Shown: positions 62,574 through 64,000 of the stretch, one piece after another | How the letters are laid out: every line of letters begins with the position of its first letter | How positions within the stretch are numbered: the stretch's first letter is position 1 | Source: a bacterium UBP13_UBA5359 | GTDB lineage: Bacteria; UBP13; UBA5359 | DNA: 64,000 bases | NCBI GenBank assembly: GCA_002410925.1 | Contig: DHPR01000012.1 | Span: forward strand, 20,643 to 84,642 | Direction of reading: 5' to 3' | Notes under the pieces: generated by a model | What the model saw: only the letters and a program-made list of their open reading frames with translations | The model's database searches: none | Told to the model about the DNA's origin: nothing | Made by a program: the position numbers and the translations under genes

Positions 62574-63455
62574 TCAGCTCTCCTGCAGAGCTCTTCTTAC
62601 CATCAGAGGGTCATTATCTATAGCTGCCATTGCCTGGTCAAGATTCATTCCTCGCATATGCATGACTATAGCCGCTGCCGGCAAATTACCAGCCTGCTCA
62701 AGCAATTTTTCAGCAACTGCTGCCTCTACCTGCAGTAACTGGCTCAGTATAGCAACGGCTCTTGAGAACAGCTTCCTATTGGTAGGACGCATAAACACCA
62801 TCTCGTTGGCCACTACCCGTCCCATTTTTATCATAGAAACGGTACTGATCATATTCAATACCAGCTTGGCTGCCGTACCGGCCTTGAGTCTGGTGGAGCC
62901 GCGCACTATCTCTGATCCCGTATCAACAACGATCAAGCAATCTCCCTGAAAATCCTCTACCGGATTGCTGCTGACCAGGACTGTGGAAGCTCCCGCCATG
63001 CCGGCTCGCTCCAGGGCGCCTCTTACAAAAGGAGTTCCCCCATTAGCAGTAACACCGATAACCGTATCCCTACCGCATACCTCTCTTACGGATATCTCTT
63101 CAGCCCCGGCTTGGCGGCTGTCCTCACTTATTTCGCTGGGACTAACTATAGCTTGTATTCCACCGGCCATAACAGCGCTCACACTATCGACTCCAAAGGT
63201 AGGCCCTGTTTCTGCTGCATCTGCTACAGCAATCCTCCCGCTGGTACCGGCTCCCACGTAGATCAGCCTGCCGCCATCTTTCAGGGAAGCGGTAACAAGC
63301 TTTATTGCCAGGTTGATATCTTCCAAAATCTCTTTGATTTTTTGCGGCACCTGGGCATCGAGTCCGTTCATAATGCTCAGTATTTCCATGGTATCCAGAT
63401 TATCAAGAAATGGAATACCATCGCTCCTTCTTTCCGTAGATTTCATTTTATCCAC
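62574..63455 (-). CDS. murQ: N-acetylmuramic acid 6-phosphate etherase MurQ.
   Basis: 293 aa. SIS-domain motifs …GGRLIYVGAGTSGRIAVADAAETGPTFGV…, …NGGTPFV…, …RLKAGTAAKLVLNMIST…. Confidence 0.85.
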   Translation of the reverse strand: MDKMKSTERRSDGIPFLDNLDTMEILSIMNGLDAQVPQKIKEILEDINLAIKLVTASLKDGGRLIYVGAGTSGRIAVADAAETGPTFGVDSVSAVMAGGIQAIVSPSEISEDSRQAGAEEISVREVCGRDTVIGVTANGGTPFVRGALERAGMAGASTVLVSSNPVEDFQGDCLIVVDTGSEIVRGSTRLKAGTAAKLVLNMISTVSMIKMGRVVANEMVFMRPTNRKLFSRAVAILSQLLQVEAAVAEKLLEQAGNLPAAAIVMHMRGMNLDQAMAAIDNDPLMVRRALQES

Positions 63456-63479
63456 TCTTACACCTTTTACTCTATACTG

Positions 63480-64000
63480 TCATTGAATCCTCTTCTTCAC
63501 TGTTCGTTTCTCTTTTTCCTGCAGACTGCCTCTCTGCTTCAACGGAGACTCAAACTCCCATTCATGAGCCTCCGAGCGTTCTATAGCCGGCATCAAATCG
63601 GATAGCTTCGTATCCCAGCCGGCACGCCTGGCAGCCATGGCCACCGCAGCCGTGGACAGGCGTATAGATGACAAAACCATATGCAAGCCGGCCTTTCGGC
63701 AGCGATCCTGCAGCAAACGAACCAAAGGACGGCAGCGGCTTAAGCCTCCCATGAACAATACCATACCGCCACCGATCTCGGCGCCGATCCTGATCAGCTC
63801 CTGTAAATCTCCTGCTGCTTGCTCCAGTATGCCAAGTGCCCAGGCATCACCCTTCTCCGCCAACTCTCCTACCTGAGCCGTAAATGCAGCTACCTGGCGC
63901 CTGGTAAGGCCATAGGCCCAATCTACTACTGTATCACGAAAGAGAACCCACTGCTCTGCCTCAGTCAGGGGAGGAGTCTCCCAAGGAAGCGTAAGAGGCA
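63480..64000 (-). CDS. BadF/BadG/BcrA/BcrD-type ATPase-fold sugar kinase (GlcNAc/MurNAc kinase-like), C-terminal part. The gene continues beyond the 3' edge of the window.
   Basis: Manual extension of the frame upstream of the track's TTG 'start' gives …WVLFRDTVVDWAYGLTRRQVAAFTAQVGELAEKGDAWALGILEQAAGDLQELIRIGAEIGGGMVLFMGGLS…. This is the typical BadF-type kinase C-terminus. Sits directly upstream of murQ. Confidence 0.55.
   Translation of the reverse strand, partial: PLTLPWETPPLTEAEQWVLFRDTVVDWAYGLTRRQVAAFTAQVGELAEKGDAWALGILEQAAGDLQELIRIGAEIGGGMVLFMGGLSRCRPLVRLLQDRCRKAGLHMVLSSIRLSTAAVAMAARRAGWDTKLSDLMPAIERSEAHEWEFESPLKQRGSLQEKEKRTVKKRIQ

Overview
This 64 kb window is chromosomal and reads as a PVC-superphylum-like Gram-negative genome (Planctomycetota / Lentisphaerota / Kiritimatiellota type). 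Two things support that: three 'prepilin-type N-terminal cleavage/methylation + H-X9-DG (DUF1559)' proteins, and many large secreted carbohydrate-active proteins. GC is about 50% and even throughout. I found no tRNA, rRNA, CRISPR array, transposase or integrase. Nearly all genes sit on the minus strand.

Gene content by region:
- 0.6-14.7 kb: a long outer-membrane and lipid A operon, tamB-bamA-(skp-like)-lpxD-lpxC-fabZ-[DegT aminotransferase]-lpxA-lpxB-[second GT19 paralog]. A truncated ROK regulator lies at the 5' edge of the window.
- 14.9-16.7 kb: lipB-lipA-[stand-alone lipoyl-domain protein].
- 17.7-25.9 kb: two tandem paralogous secreted proteins of about 1200 aa (GH42-like, with GATase1-like domains), plus a LamG-like secreted protein.
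- 25.9-35.5 kb: a sugar or amino-sugar cluster holding a PBP-type regulator, a Gfo/Idh/MocA oxidoreductase, three xylose-isomerase-like TIM-barrel genes (two apparently internally deleted), a neutral-ceramidase-like hydrolase, a second DegT aminotransferase, and a divergent AraC regulator.
- 36.1-43.9 kb: a housekeeping block (comF, metK, ahcY, PfkB kinase, NDP-sugar pyrophosphorylase, thiD, SpoIID-like).
- 43.9-60.0 kb: a mannan-type utilisation locus (GH130, solute-binding protein, ROK kinase, PMI-fusion, isomerase-like, a 696-aa unknown, a 1422-aa LamG giant, an HGSNAT-like membrane acyltransferase, a DUF1559 protein, LacI).
- 60.4-64.0 kb: TPR protein, AraC-type regulator, murQ and a BadF-type sugar kinase (partial).

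My picks for a second look are the GnnB-like aminotransferase embedded in the lpx operon, the lipB-lipA-lipoyl-carrier module, the two in-frame internally deleted TIM-barrel genes, and the tandem giant GH42-like paralogs.

Two caveats on coordinates. The ORF track translates TTG and GTG starts as M. Several true starts are therefore downstream ATGs, and I refined those where an ATG with a sensible N-terminus was visible. My hand-indexed motif coordinates may be off by 1 nt.
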